The notes under the pieces were generated by a model. The model ran no database searches and was not told the origin of the DNA. It saw only the letters and a program-made list of their open reading frames with translations. DNA of 64,000 nt, from NCBI GenBank assembly GCA_001662655.1, contig KV460223.1. One strand, 5' to 3'. Numbering within the stretch: the stretch's first letter is position 1; each line of letters begins with the position of its first letter. Positions 49,601 to 62,542 of this stretch are shown here, piece by piece. This stretch comes from Pseudogymnoascus verrucosus (Eukaryota). The translations under genes and the position numbers were made by a program.

Positions 49601-50137
49601 CGCTGCTCTGCTATTTAATCTCCCAAACTGGAAAGAGTTAGAAAGTAAAGTTGTAAGTTGTAAGTTGTAAAAGCGGTGGCCTAGATCACATGACCCCCAC
49701 GCACCACGCGGAACCGGAGAAGTGGCGGCGCTAATCCAACCCGGTCCCTAGCGGCGCCATCGTCATCCAAGCAGCACCTCCATCTTAATATGTCAACCTA
49801 GAAACCGGGCCTTTGCTATTGCGATAACGACGACGAGAAACCTAAGAAACGCACCTACTCTTGGCAAAACTTGTTTGAGACGGCGAGAAGAGTTATTTTA
49901 TAAGGTTGTCGAACGAGGTATACTGAGAAGACGAAGGATTTTGTCAAAGAAGGGTGAGGAAGTGGTACCCCGCCATCCACCACCCGTCGTCGCCACAACG
50001 CACATCTACGAACAAGCCCTCTCTCGGCCACCACGGCCCTGACAGAAAACGCTCGCCCTCGCCTTTACACATCCTCGAAACCACGACTATCTACCTACAC
50101 ACTACGACTCAGCAGACCAGCTTGACGACCCAGCAGG

Positions 50138-51212
50138 ATGTCAGGCATGTGGGGCTGGTTCGGCGGACAGTCGGCGCAGAGCCGCAAGGACACGCCTAAG
50201 AATGCGATTCTGGGACTCAGGTCGCAGCTGGAGATGTTGCAGAAGAGGGAGAGGCATTTGCAGACGCAGATGGATGAGCAGGATGGGATTGCGAGGAGGA
50301 GTATTGCTACTAATAAGAATGGTACGTAAACGCAGCCTTCTCTTTCACACCTTCTCTTTGTGTGAGACTGTGACGCCCGCGCTGGGTTGGGGAAGGGGGG
50401 TGAGGTGGTATACTGGGTTGAGATGGGGGTGATGGTTGGGATGATGGGGAAAATGGATATATGAACGGAATGCTAATACACGCACAGCGGCACGAGCAGC
50501 GCTAAAGCGCAAGAAGCAGCATGAACACACGCTCGACCAGACCCTAGCGCAGATCTCGACGCTGGAGCAGCAGATCTACTCGATCGAGGCGGCGAATATC
50601 AATCGTGAGACGCTGGCGGCGATGGAGAAGGCTGGGCAGGCCATGAAGCAGATTCATGGGAAGTTGAATATCGATGTTGTGGATCAGACCATGTACGTTT
50701 TCACCCCCCCTTGGCTTTCCCCCCCAGCCGATTTGCTTTAGATGACTGGATGGGATGTTGGATTTGGATTTGGATACGGGGTTAGAGACTGAGTACTAAC
50801 GAACGAATAGGGAGGACCTTAGGGAACAGCACGCGCTGGGCGAGGAGATCGCGAATGCGATCACGAATACCCCGCTTGGAGAGACGATTGATGAGTCGGA
50901 GCTGGATGATGAGTTGGCGGAGATGGAGCAGGAGCAGCTGGATGATAAGATGTTGAAGACAGGGACGGTGCCGGTGTCGGATGAGATCCATAGGTTGCCC
51001 GCGGCGGTGAATGGAGAGCGTACGTACCCCCCGCATTTTCTACCCTCACTTTCTCCTGTCCCCGGGGAGTCCAGGTTGGAGGTTGGGATAGAGTTGGACT
51101 GTTGAACTATGACTAACGCACCCCCCTAGTGAAGAACAAGCAGCCCGCCCGCCAGGAGGAAGAGGACGAGGAAGAGGAGCTGAGGAAACTGCAGGCGGAG
51201 ATGGCGATGTAG
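50138..51212 (+). CDS. SNF7: ESCRT-III subunit Snf7/Vps32, 4 exons
   Basis: MSGMWGWFGG..PKNAILGLRSQLEMLQKRE..ALKRKK..IEAANINRETL..DESELDDEL..DEEEELRKLQAEMAM. Introns 50322-50487, 50693-50810 and 51020-51129. Confidence 0.95.
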
Positions 51213-53717
51213 GGAGTGGTCCTGTGCAGTTTGAGAGTTTTCTAATACAATACGAGTACTACTACACCACCACAGTCACCGTACACACCCACACACACGC
51301 ACGCGGAGGCGGAGAGATGGTAGTCTTTTTTTTGAACCCTTCTTATTTTATATTATTGATTCCGCGTACGCATTGCACTGGGAGGGGAGGGAGGCTGCCG
51401 TTTTTTTTCTTCGAGAGGGGAGTGGTTGGTTCATGGACTGGGTCCGTGATAGAGTTGGGGAAGGTTCGTTTCTTTGCGGGGAAGGGGGGGGGGGTGTTGT
51501 GCAGATGGAGTTCGTTGTTGTTGTGCTTTTTTGTGGGGGGTTTAGTTTGGCCTGGTTGGCTTATACATTTCGATATCGCGTGGCTTTTTGTTGGGAGGAG
51601 AGGAGACGGTGAGGGGGAAGGGAGGCGGTGGGGAGGGTGGCTTATGGTTAGCATGTTGGGATAGTTAAACGTTATGATCTAGCTGGATGGTGCTGTGCTG
51701 TGTGAGATGTGTGTGTGTGTGTGAATGTATCACGTGTGATGTTTGTTGTCTGTGGGGAAGTCTGTGTGGGATATCCGTGGTGATGGGTGTCTGTGGTGTG
51801 GGGGATATCGGATATCTGTGGGGGGAAGGGAGAAAGAGGGGGAGGACTCGAGCACGAAGTAAGGGGAGGCGGAAAGATACGGAGAGAAGCATGAAGGTGC
51901 AGCGTATGGTCTATGGTGGTATATCACGTGTAGTGTCCGTTGTCTGTGGGGGCGTCGTTGTAAGAGAGAAGCACGAAGTAAGGGGATGGTTGGAGCGAGG
52001 AGCGAGGAGAGAGGAGGCGTGAAGTAAGTGTGTGTTGTCAGATTTGGGTCACGAGACTATTTTTGACTTGGGACCCGACGCCCCTGCTTGCCCAGCTGGT
52101 GGTATATGCTGATCTCTCTCTCTCTGTCTACAGCTACAGTGGCTAGAGTATAACTGTACAGTACAGCACGGTACGGTATGGAAATAACTACAGTATGCAC
52201 TCGTGTGTTTGTTGGGATTTTAGTGAGTGGCTGCGGGGAGCTGTGTGTTCGCTGCCGATTCGATCCGAAGATAGAAATATCGACGTGTATACTGTGACTA
52301 CACTATGAGTGTGCTTGAGTGTGGTGCTCGTGGGGTTGAATTATACGGTTTATCATATGTCATAGTACATACAGTGAGTGAATATAGCATCATCCGTCAC
52401 TATCAGTCACCATCAGTCGCTGTTATAGGGTACATCTCTACTTGCACGGTATTTTACAGCATGCTATCCTCTTCCCCCACGCCGTCGTCGCTTCACTTTG
52501 ATCATGCTTGTGCTTGTTTATACCATCCTCGTACTGTAACCTCCTCTACATAACTGACTTTACTGACTATATGCACAGTATACATATGCAAGCACAGTAC
52601 GCCTCGTCCGTTTATGCAGCTTCTAACTCGTTTGCCGAGCGACCATCAGACCAAAGATAATTCGAGGCGAACCACGTCGACCACCCCGATTCCAACCATC
52701 TCTCCTGCACTCTAATAACCACACACGGTCCGGTCCGGTACAACCCTGCTGTCTCAATCGTCCAATCCAGGAACAAGACATGCAATGAAAATTCCTATTT
52801 TCCCCCCATCCCACTTCCTCATGTTCTTTTTCTCCAGTTCATCTATCTCTACCCAACCAACGGGCATGGAGCACAAACGCAACCATGCGCCGTGCGTGCA
52901 CGCCCCATCCCGTGGAGTTGCTGTACTGTACTGTGGCTCTTGCGATGCACTCCCAATGACCTCAACTGCAGTCAGTGCCACAGTTCGGGCTGCAGCATGC
53001 CCAAACGCTTTCCGGCTTAACGCGCATGTTGGGCACCGGCGCGAAAGGGAAAAAAGGTATGTCGCCATGACGGAGGGGGAGGGCAGTCTCAATTGTCCGT
53101 GCCAGAAGGAAATATGATGGCAGAAATGCACAAAGTCCTACCAAGCTGTCGACGTGGCCCAATGGGTCCGCTTCGTCCAATCGAAGTCAGGCACGATTAT
53201 CAACAGATTGATCTCCAGATTACCAAGGTAGGACATCGTGGGTTCGGTGCCCGTTGCTCTCTCTTTTCCGTCTCCCCATGCTCGTTTTTCCTCGCCCCCC
53301 CCATATGCCCCCCATCATGCCCCATATGCCTCGCCCCCCAATGCGCCAATCCATAAGACCTGGCTACTTGCGTCCTTTGGACCCTACAAGTCGCTCAACC
53401 TCCCCTTTCATCTCGAGCAAGCAATCACAGCGCTCTCACCTCACCTACATCACCCTACACTCCTCTCTCTTCGTTCCACGTCTCTGCTCTCTCAGTGCCA
53501 CACCCACCGCTGGCACACGCCCAATGTTACCCGACCCTTTTCATTGACTTACACAGCGTCCACGCATCCGTGTGGTGCAGCAACGGCATTCCTGAGTGGC
53601 ACACTGAGAGGCGCGCCGAGCGCATGGGAATAAAAGCATAGGCTTCTTCATACCTATTTGCTCTCGGTTACACTAGGTAACTTCAAGCACAAGTCTGAGA
53701 TTCTCTCCACTTCCAGT

Positions 53718-56700
53718 ATGGAAATTTCATTCTGTCCTTATAGGACTCAGTTCAGCCCGTCTAAAGTGCTCTACACTGCAGTAAGCCAGCCCATCACCTT
53801 CAAGGGCAACGCCGACGATCTTGAGCTATTGGAAGCTGCGAGAGTGAAGGAAGAGCTCGAGCTCGAGCAGGAAAGACGTGAGTTTGGCTATCAACCTTGG
53901 AGATATAGCACTCTCTGACACAGTATCGACTCCCCAGAAGAACAACAACAAGAAGGAGACCCTCCAGAACCACACGAGGAAGAACAACACGCTCCCCCAG
54001 AAGCAGCAGAAGAGGTAATTCTAGTCAACCCCGAAGACATCATAGAGGAAGCCCCAAGCCAACCAACCGAGGACCAACAGCCACCACCATCATCACCCGA
54101 CCCGAAACCGCCAAACTCGGCCATCTCATCACATTCCCACAAGGGAAACAGCAACTCTAAGAAGAAGAAGGAGAAGACTGTCCACTGGTTCGGCCCTCCA
54201 ATGGCGAATAAGAATAAGAAGAAGAAGGCGGCGGCGAAGAAGCAGAAGCTACTGCTAGGTGATGCTTCGGATAATGAAGGCGCGCAGGCTGCTACTTCTC
54301 CGGAGGATGGCGTCGAGGAGAGTGGTGGAGCAGCGGATGAGGCAGCTGGTGATCCTCCAGTTGAGGAGGCCCCTGCTGATGCAACTGCCCCTGTTGAGGA
54401 AGCAGCACCAGTAGAAGAAGCAGCTCCTGCTGAAGCAGCTCCCGCCGAAGAAGCACCAGCAGACGACGCGCCTCCCGCCGAAGCAGTAGCACCAGTCGAG
54501 GAAGCACCGGCAGCAGAAGAAGCAGCCCCTGCCGAAGCAGCTCCTCCCGCCGAAGAGACACCCGCCGAAGAAGCACCCGCCCCCACCGAAGAAGTCACCC
54601 CAGAACCCGCACCCGTAAGTGACGACACGACCCCCACCGAAGACGCACCGCCCGCACCCGCCGACGAGACGCCCTCGGTAGAAAATACCGACGATAACCA
54701 ACCCGCTCCCGCAGCAGCAGAAGATGAGAAGCCCGCTGAGGGACAAGAAGATGCCGCGAAGAGCGATGAGCCTGTCGCCGGCGATGAGAAGGAGGAGGGA
54801 GCTGCCGCTGATGACGAGGGCGGGGATGTTCCTGCTGAACCAGTAGCGGTTGAGGCTGAGGCTGTTGTGGAGGAGAAGGGCGAGGAGAAGCCTGCGGAGG
54901 AAGCAGCTGCTGCTGTCGATGAGCCAGCTGCTGAGGCGGATAAGCCTGATGAAGCCGCCGCTGAAGAAGCAGCTCCAGTCGAGGAAGCACCTGCCGCAGA
55001 GGCACCCGCTGAAGAGGCGGCCCCTGTCGAAGAGGCCGCCGCAGCCGAAGAAAAGCCCGCTGAGGAGGCACCAGCTGCAGAAGCTCCCGCTGAAGAAAAG
55101 CCAGCTGAAGCAGAAGCACCTGCTGCTGAAGAGGCTCCCGCTGCAGAAGCTCCCGCTGAAGAAACGCCAGCTGAAGCAGAGGCTCCCGCCGCCGAAGAAG
55201 CGCCGCCGGCCGAAGAAACACCAACTGAAGCAGAAGCCCCTGCCGCCGAGGAAACACCCGCCGAAGAAGCACCTGCCGAAGCAACACCCGCCGAAGCAAC
55301 ACCCGCCGAAGAAACACCAGCTGAAACAGCGCCTGCGGAAGCAGAAGCTCCTGTGGAAGAGGACAAGGCTGAAGAAGCTGCTCCTGCTGAAGAGTCAAAA
55401 GCTGAAGAAGCAGCGCCAGCTGCAGAGGCACCCGCCACAGAAGTAGCAGCTGAGGAAGCACCAAAGGACGACGCTCCAGCCGAAGAAGCGCCAAAGGAGG
55501 AGGCACCGGCTGAGGCAGCACCAGCCGACGAAGCTCCAGCTGAAGAAACGCCAAAGGATGAGGCGCCAGCTGAAGAGGCATCGGCCGAAGAGGCACCGGC
55601 TGAAGAGGCTGCACCAGCTGCGGAGGCTATAGTTGAAGAAGCAGCACCCACCGAGGATGCTCCTGCGGAAGAAGCACCTGCTGCAGAAGAAGCTGCACCA
55701 GCCGAAGAGGCAGTCGTTGCCGAAAAAGAAGCACCTGCTGAAGAGGCTCCTGCTGAGGATGCGACACCAGCTGCGGAAGCACCTGCAGATGCGGCACCCG
55801 CTGAAGAAGCTGCTCCAGTCGAAGAGGCTGTTCCGGCAGAGGAAGCTGCTCCGGTTGAAGAAGCTCCTGCTGCAGCAGAACCTGTCCCAGCCGAAGAAGC
55901 GCCTAAGGAAGAAGCACCGGCCGAGGAAGCTGCACCAGTTGAAGAAGCGCCTGCTGCAGATGCACCCGCTGAAGAAGCAGCTGCAGCCGAAGAAGCGCCT
56001 GCCGAAGACGCACCCGCCGCGGAAGTAGCAGCTGAGGAAGCACCAAAGGACGAAGCTACAGCCGAGGAAGCTGCACCAGTCGAAGAAGCAGCTCCGGCTG
56101 AGGAAGCCACACCGGCACCCGCTGAAGAGGCAGCACCAGTCGAAGAGGCTACCCCTGCTGAAGAGGCCGCTCCAGTCGAAGAGGCTGCTCCAGTTGAGGA
56201 AGAAGCACCGGTAGAAGAAGCCGTTCCAGCTGAAGAAGCTGCCCCCGCTGAAGAAGCCGCCCCAGTCGAGGAGGCAGCACCAGTCGAGGAAGCTGCACCA
56301 GTCGAAGAGGCGGCACTAGTTGAAAAAGAAGTTTCTGTGGAGGAGGCCGCCCCGGCTGAAGAAGCTGCACCTGTCGAAGAAGCAGCACCCGCCGAAGAGG
56401 CAGTACCAGCTGAGGAAGCCGCTTCTGCCGAGGAGGCCGCCCCGGCCGAAGAACCAGCCCCAGCTGAGGAAGCTGCTGCTGTTGAAGAGGCTGCTCCTGC
56501 TGAAGAGGCTGCTGTTGTTGAGGAGGCTGCCGTTGTCGAAGAGGTCGCTCCTGCTGAAGAGGCTGCTGCTGTTGAAGAAGCACCTGCCGCAGAGGCAGCT
56601 GAGGAAGCCGCTCCTGCTGAGGAAGCTGCCGTTGTCGAAGAGGCTGCTCCCGCCGAGGAAGCACCTCCTGCTGAAGAAGCCGCTCCTGCCGAGGAAGCCG

Positions 56701-57950
56701 CTCCTGTCGAGGAAGCCGCTGCTGTTGAAGAGGCTGCTCCCGCCGAGGAAGCACCTCCAGCCGAAGAACCAGCTCCAGCAGAAGAAGCAGCTCCCGAAGC
56801 TATAACCGACCGCGCCATCGTCGAAGAGCCAGAGTCAACCGAGCCACCCGGCGACGCCGTCCCACCCTCCTCCTCCTCCAAGCGCCGCTCCAAGCACTCC
56901 TCTTCTCACTCCTCCCGAAACCACCACTCCCGCTCCTCCCGCGACAAAGACCGGTCCCTCCCCCCTCCCTCCCCCGAAGCCGCTCCCCGCAAGCGCCGCG
57001 AGAGTGACGCGAGCATAACCCAGTTCTGGAAAGGACTCCAGCCTAAACTACCCAAACGCCATGATTCGGGTATGAGCATGGGGAATGGAGGGAAGGAGAA
57101 GGAAAGGGATCGAGAACGGGATAGAGAAGTGAGGAGGGAGCGCACGCCGGAGGAGCAGGCAGCGCATGATGCGAGGAAGGCGGAACGACGCGCCAAGCGC
57201 GCAGCTGAGCGCGAGGCTGCTGAGGCGGAAGAGAAGGCGCAGAGGGAGGCGGAGGAGGCGGCAGCGGCGGCGGCGCTGAAGGAGGCGGAGGAGGTGGCGA
57301 GGGTGGAGAAGGAGAAGAGGCGGGAGAGGCGACGGTTGAGGGAGGAGAAGCGGAGGGCGGAGGAGGAGGATAAACTGCGTGTTAGGGAGGAGAAGAGGAA
57401 GGCTGATGAGGATGCTGCGAGGGCGAGTCATAGGGAGAGGAGGAGACGCCATAGTACTACCAACCGCAGTGATGGGAAGAGTAGCCGCGCCGTCGACGCA
57501 GCCGAGAAGCCGAATCTGATTAGTCTCAAGGGTGAGAGTGAGATTGGGCGCGAACGCAAGGCGGAGAGCGAGATGGATCGCGAGATTAAGGGCGAGAGCG
57601 AGCTGGTGGGGGGGCGGAAGAAGGATGCTGCTTCTCCGGCGGATAGACCGAAGAGCTCGCATAATGGGAGTGATCGCTCGCGCAAGGTGCGAACGCCGGA
57701 GGAGCAGGAGGCGCATGATAAGCGCAAGGCGGAGAGGCGGGCGGAGCGCAGGGCGAGGGAGGAGAAGGAGGCCGGTGGTGGGGAGCCGGGGCCGGATGAT
57801 GTGGCGAGGGAGGAGGAGAGGAGGAAGAGGCATGAGAGTCATAGGGAGGAGAGGCGGAAGAGGAGGGCGTCGACGATGGATCAGGATGTTAAGGAGAAGA
57901 TGCGCCAGGGGCCGATTAAAGGTTTGTTTAGGCGCTTGATTGGAGCTTAA
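53718..57950 (+). CDS. Very large acidic Glu/Ala/Pro repeat protein with charged C-terminal region (at least 1249 aa)
   Basis: ORF 54201-57950 is open upstream to about 53925. A phase-1 intron 53878-53937 (GTGAGT...CTGAC...CAG) joins an upstream exon starting at ATG 53718. The 5' structure is inferred. Confidence 0.75.
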
Positions 57951-58765
57951 GGGCGGGGGGATATAAACAACGGTTCAGACCAACTTGGGGTTTTTATGCG
58001 ATTATTTCGATTTACGATATTGTTTATGGCTGTTTTCTTTGGTTCTCTTCTCTTTCGAAATGGAAACGCTCTTTTTTTGGTTTTATTTGATACTCGGGAC
58101 ATGGATGGCACTGGACGACACGCGAGGAGGGAAAGGCTGTAATGGGGGTGTGCATTTTGAAGTTCGTTCGCTTCTTCTGGTGTATAATCATTCGTGTATG
58201 GCATAGTGTTTTGGTCTGATACCGTGTTACGATTATACGATGTTACGATAGTTGGTCTCGTCGGGGATGGGCTCTATCCTGGGAGGATAGGGCCTGTTAT
58301 CATTTATCATTTGCAGCTTTTTTATGAAAATATGAATGGATTCTCCAATAACAAGTCGTCCTCGATGCTCAAAATGTGAAAATTTCTAGTGTTATAAATG
58401 ACGGGCAAAGTGGTGTTACCCGGGTCGATATTGGGTCATCAGCACCCAATGGATCAATACACATTTGGTGCCAACTGTCACTGCATCATCCGTCACATGT
58501 TCACAAGGTACTATTCAAACGTCGGGATGAATACCATGCTTGTTGCACTGGCGAGGCGAAGGTTGGTGGATAGGTAAGCTAGAACACTCCCATAGAGACA
58601 ATCGGCTCATGCCGACTAGATAAATGGAATGTTTCAATTGACTCCATTGGTATATATAACAATGCGCCCCCTGGATGCCCTCTTGGTCCCCCGGTATTTT
58701 AACACACCCTGTACCTCATATGGCCATATCTCATTACTCGCCAACACACTATCGTAAAAGGTCGC

Positions 58766-59600
58766 TCAAATAAGATGTTTCGACCTAGTCGCAGTTAGTA
58801 AGAAATCATACGAGGCAACAATTCCACCAAATTCAATCCTCACCTGAAGTATGCCCGTAGATAGACAATCTGCCACGCTCCCAACGCCACCAGCATGCCG
58901 ACGGTGCCAAAGCCAAACCACTTCACGCGGTTGTTTGTGCTCTCATTCGTGTCCCTCAGCTTCTGCTCGCGGGTACGGAGATACTCCATCTCGTTCACGA
59001 TCTCCTGGACCATCTCCTCGATGCGGCGCAGCTCGGTCTCGACCGGCTTGAGCTTCTCCGTGGCCTGGATGGCGGACCAGTCCTTGGCGTCCGCTCCAAT
59101 GTCAACATCGAGCTCGACCTTCCTGGTGTGTGGTTGGGGTGCAGTGTCTGGAGGGGTTCGTTAGAAATCATGGCGTCGGGATCCGGGGAGTCTGGGGCTG
59201 CACATACTAGAGTACAAGATATTCTCGAAGCAGACATCAAACGCCGAGTCCGCCAGAGACGTAAACGCCATCCTCTTCTCGCCCGCAACGTCCTTCGCAC
59301 GCGCGTACTCGTTCCCTACCGCATCCTTGATCTACATTCTGTCAGCAGCTGCCACTCTCCTATCCCCCTACCACCGGCCATACGCACATGAATGTTAACC
59401 TGCATTCCATCTCCCTTATGCCCACTAATCGTCGACGTGACCATAACCAGTGTGTCCCTTGAGACAAAGTTACGGATGCACCTCTCGCTCTTAGAATCAT
59501 GCCTCTTCACAGCCATGAGGTCGAAGTGCAGCGCCTCAGCGCAGGCGAGCAGCAGCGCAAGCCCGCACAGCACGCGCAGTATCGATTGAGGGTACGCCAT
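58766..59600 (-). CDS. ERV25: p24 family cargo receptor Erv25 (p24-delta), 4 exons
   Basis: Signal peptide, GOLD domain ([15 protein letters not shown]), coiled coil ([28 protein letters not shown]), TM segment and tail YLRAYFRSKHLI. Introns 59387-59332, 59207-59148 and 58843-58785. Confidence 0.95.
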
Positions 59601-59846
59601 GGTGAGTTGTCGTCGTTCGGGGGACTGTCGCATGGGGCTTGGGGAAAGGAGATCCGGCCAGAGCTACGTGCCAGGAACTTTAAGCGACGTGGTTGGTTCA
59701 CCCCTGTAAGGGTGTCACGTGTGCAGTTTGTTCCCCGTTCCGCGTCAAGTTCACGTTCGCTCGACGCAAGGCTAAACTCAACACCTCTTTGACCTCAGCA
59801 AAATCGAGAATTGAAGCTTCAGCAAGCTCACCACAACGCCGCAAAG

Positions 59847-60718
59847 ATGCCAAAATGTAAGTTACTCCTGCGCGATCCATGTATGGATGTTTGCTAACCC
59901 GGAATTAGTCTTCTGTAAGCTCCTACACCCACCGCGCGAAGCTTGGAATCGTTTCGCCTCCATAACCTCGTTCTAACCCTCCAGGCGACTACTGCGATGT
60001 CTACCTCACGCACGACTCCATGAGCGTGCGCAAAGCCCATAACACGGGCCGCAACCACCTGCGCAACGTCGTCGACTACTACCAACGTACGCCCTCCCCC
60101 CCCGCCCCCATTCCTCGACCCCCCCCCCCCCCAACCTCCAGAACTCCCCTGCTAACTCCCACCTCCACAGAAATCGGCCACGAAAAAGCCCAATCAGTAA
60201 TCGACTCCATCACCTCCTCCTACGCCGCCGAAGGCCAATCAGCCTCAAACCCCATGCTCGCCCACCCCCCCGGAGGCCCCTCCTTCGGTGGCGCACCTCC
60301 CCCATTCGGCCGTGGTATGCCACCTACCCTCCCGAACGGAATGCCCGTTCCCTTCCCTCCCCCAGGAGGCCTACCATTCCCACCTCCCGGCGGACCCGGC
60401 GCTCTCCCCTTCCCGCCACCAGGAGGTTTCCCAGCGGGCATGCCATTCCCCCCTCCCGGAGGACCAGGTGGACTCCCCTTCCCGCCGCCGCCTGGAGGGT
60501 TTCCAGCGGGGATGCCGCCGTTGCCGCCGAATTTCCAGTTTCCGGCTGGGGGCATACCGCCGCCGGGTGGGTTCCCAGGATTCCCACCGCCACAGCAGGG
60601 TGGGGGGTTTCCGCCGCCACAGGGGGGTGGTAGCCAGGGACCGCCGGATCATCAGAGGGGAGGGGATCAGAGGGATGCGAGGTTGCAAGGACGAGATGCG
60701 TTTAGTGATCGGAGATAG
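59847..60718 (+). CDS. YHC1: U1 snRNP protein C, 4 exons including a 6-nt microexon
   Basis: Exons 59847-59856, 59909-59914, 59985-60086 and 60171-60718 give [34 protein letters not shown] (U1-C zinc finger) plus a Pro/Gly-rich tail. Confidence 0.93.
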
Positions 60719-61592
60719 ATGGAGAGTTTTCGTGTGTGTGGCGTGGGAAATGGCGTTTTTTATGGTGCTGCTGGGATGGAGTTGGGGCGCCGGGCTGTGG
60801 TTTGTTTTTGCGAAAAGCGAAAGGTTTTTGAAGGAGGGAGGGAGGGAGAGGGCAAATGCTGTACTTGTAGGAGATACGGATATGGATGGTGTTGGGCTGA
60901 ACAGGAAAAAGAGTTGTGGTGGCCATGTACATTCACTCCGCGCCTTGTGAGATTGCGAGTGATGAATAGTAGTTTCACGACGAAGTTCATGTAGTTTGCA
61001 TGGGCGCTCCGACCGAGCTTCTGTCAGTAACTATATGAAAATTTATCCTAGGACATTCAAAATCAATGATCATCACAGTGAAACAATCTGTCAGTAACTG
61101 TACTGTACTGTACAAATATTTATTTTACAAAGATTCGAAAATCAATGTTCATCAAAGTGGAACAAGCTTTCAATTAACTTTTTTGGGATATTTTATCTAA
61201 TCATGACACTACTTCTAGTTGTAATTTGGGTTTGACTGCAAGTTTCTTGTGGTTGGTACGAGGTTATAAAACTAACGGGTGAGGCAATCTAAGGATGAAA
61301 TTAATAAAGGTAAAAGTATCCCCGTTTTGTGGTGTTGGAGCTGTTGCTTCCAAAAGCCAAAAGCCGTCGTCCTAGCTCCGAATCTATGATACTACCAACT
61401 ACCTGTCTATTTTCCGCTCTAGTGTTCTCACCCATGTCATGCGGCGTAGCAAACTAAGAGGCCTTAAATCCTTCTTGACATCGACGTAGTAATGAACCTA
61501 TACTATAACCAAATAAACACTTATAAGATCACCTTCGCTGATCCTACTACGTTTGCAGTCAACTACAGTCCAATCGCTCTACGCCTGTAAAT

Positions 61593-62542
61593 ATGTCGCG
61601 CTTTACTTTCGCGGAACTACCAGATGGATCTGATACGGACGCCTCAAATGCATTGTACCGAACCTATGACAGGCGCGAGTTTATCAGGTAGACAGTTCTA
61701 ATTCACATAATCCTATATCCAAACAGCTAACACCCTCCAGACCCTGCCGCGAATTTCTACAGCGTCTTTATCCACGCGACGCAAAATGGGGCTTTACCAT
61801 CTACCGCACAGTCTACACGCCTGAATCAGACTCCCAGTTCCTCTCTGCGCTCGAGAAAATAAAAACTTGCCTTGCGACCGCTCTACGCAACGAGCTCCGA
61901 ACTAACCGTAGGATTCGCGCCTATGAAGTCAAGCACGGCCATACTCCTCGGCCATTAATAAATGCCGGACCATGCGATCAAGTGGAGGACCAGTATGATC
62001 CCCTCGTGATTGAAGACCGCGAGGTATGGGATGGGGCCAGCATTGAAGATGTCCGCGCCCATTTTCGGGACGCGATTTTTCATGAAGCCCTGGAATTGCA
62101 ACGTATCAGCTATGATCCGGAGACGGAACACACTACTCCAATGACGCATCTTGCGCAGGATCCGAAGAGTTCCATCTGCTTAGTGATAGATGCTGAGGCG
62201 TTGAGCTGGATGACGAATAGCGAGCCTCGGGAGAGGGGGATGTATTGTTTGAGGGAGGAGGAGCTCCGGGCGATGCCGAATGATCCTATGATGCATTTGG
62301 ATTCAAGGCCTTTCAAGTGGGGGCAGCATGGCCGCGTGAAGGGTGTGGATGCTGATTGGCCGCGGCACAGTGATATTTGGGAGACTGATGAAAATGAGCC
62401 TAGTATGCTTGGTGCGAGGAATGGTGTACCCGATCCACCTCGGCGAGTGTCACAGTATCACGGATGGAGGCCCGTGGAATGTGAAGAACTGTGGGGTTTG
62501 TATAATGATGAGTTAAGAAACGGCGGAAGGCTAGGAAGATAG
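61593..62542 (+). CDS. Uncharacterised fungal protein with WGF.IYRT.Y motif, 2 exons
   Basis: ATG at 61593 and intron 61688-61740 join in frame to ORF 61982-62542. Contains KWGFTIYRTVYTPESD, WDGASIEDVRAHF and CLVIDAEAL. Confidence 0.7.

Noticed and set aside
51343..53650. Possible hidden small gene(s) between SNF7 and the repeat protein
   Set aside because: The ORFs are short and low-complexity, with no coherent splice structure. An unannotated transcript cannot be excluded without RNA data.
53891..56893. 1000-aa Ser/Ala/Gly-rich antisense ORF
   Set aside because: It is a shadow of the Glu/Ala/Pro repeat gene. In-register antisense stops require TTA, CTA or TCA sense codons, which that repeat barely uses.
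28682..60718. Functional cluster of RNA-processing genes (MPE1, srp1, SPF27, U1-C) or of ESCRT-related genes (MIT protein, SNF7)
   Set aside because: They are interspersed with unrelated housekeeping genes over 30 kb, which is compatible with chance in a gene-dense core region.
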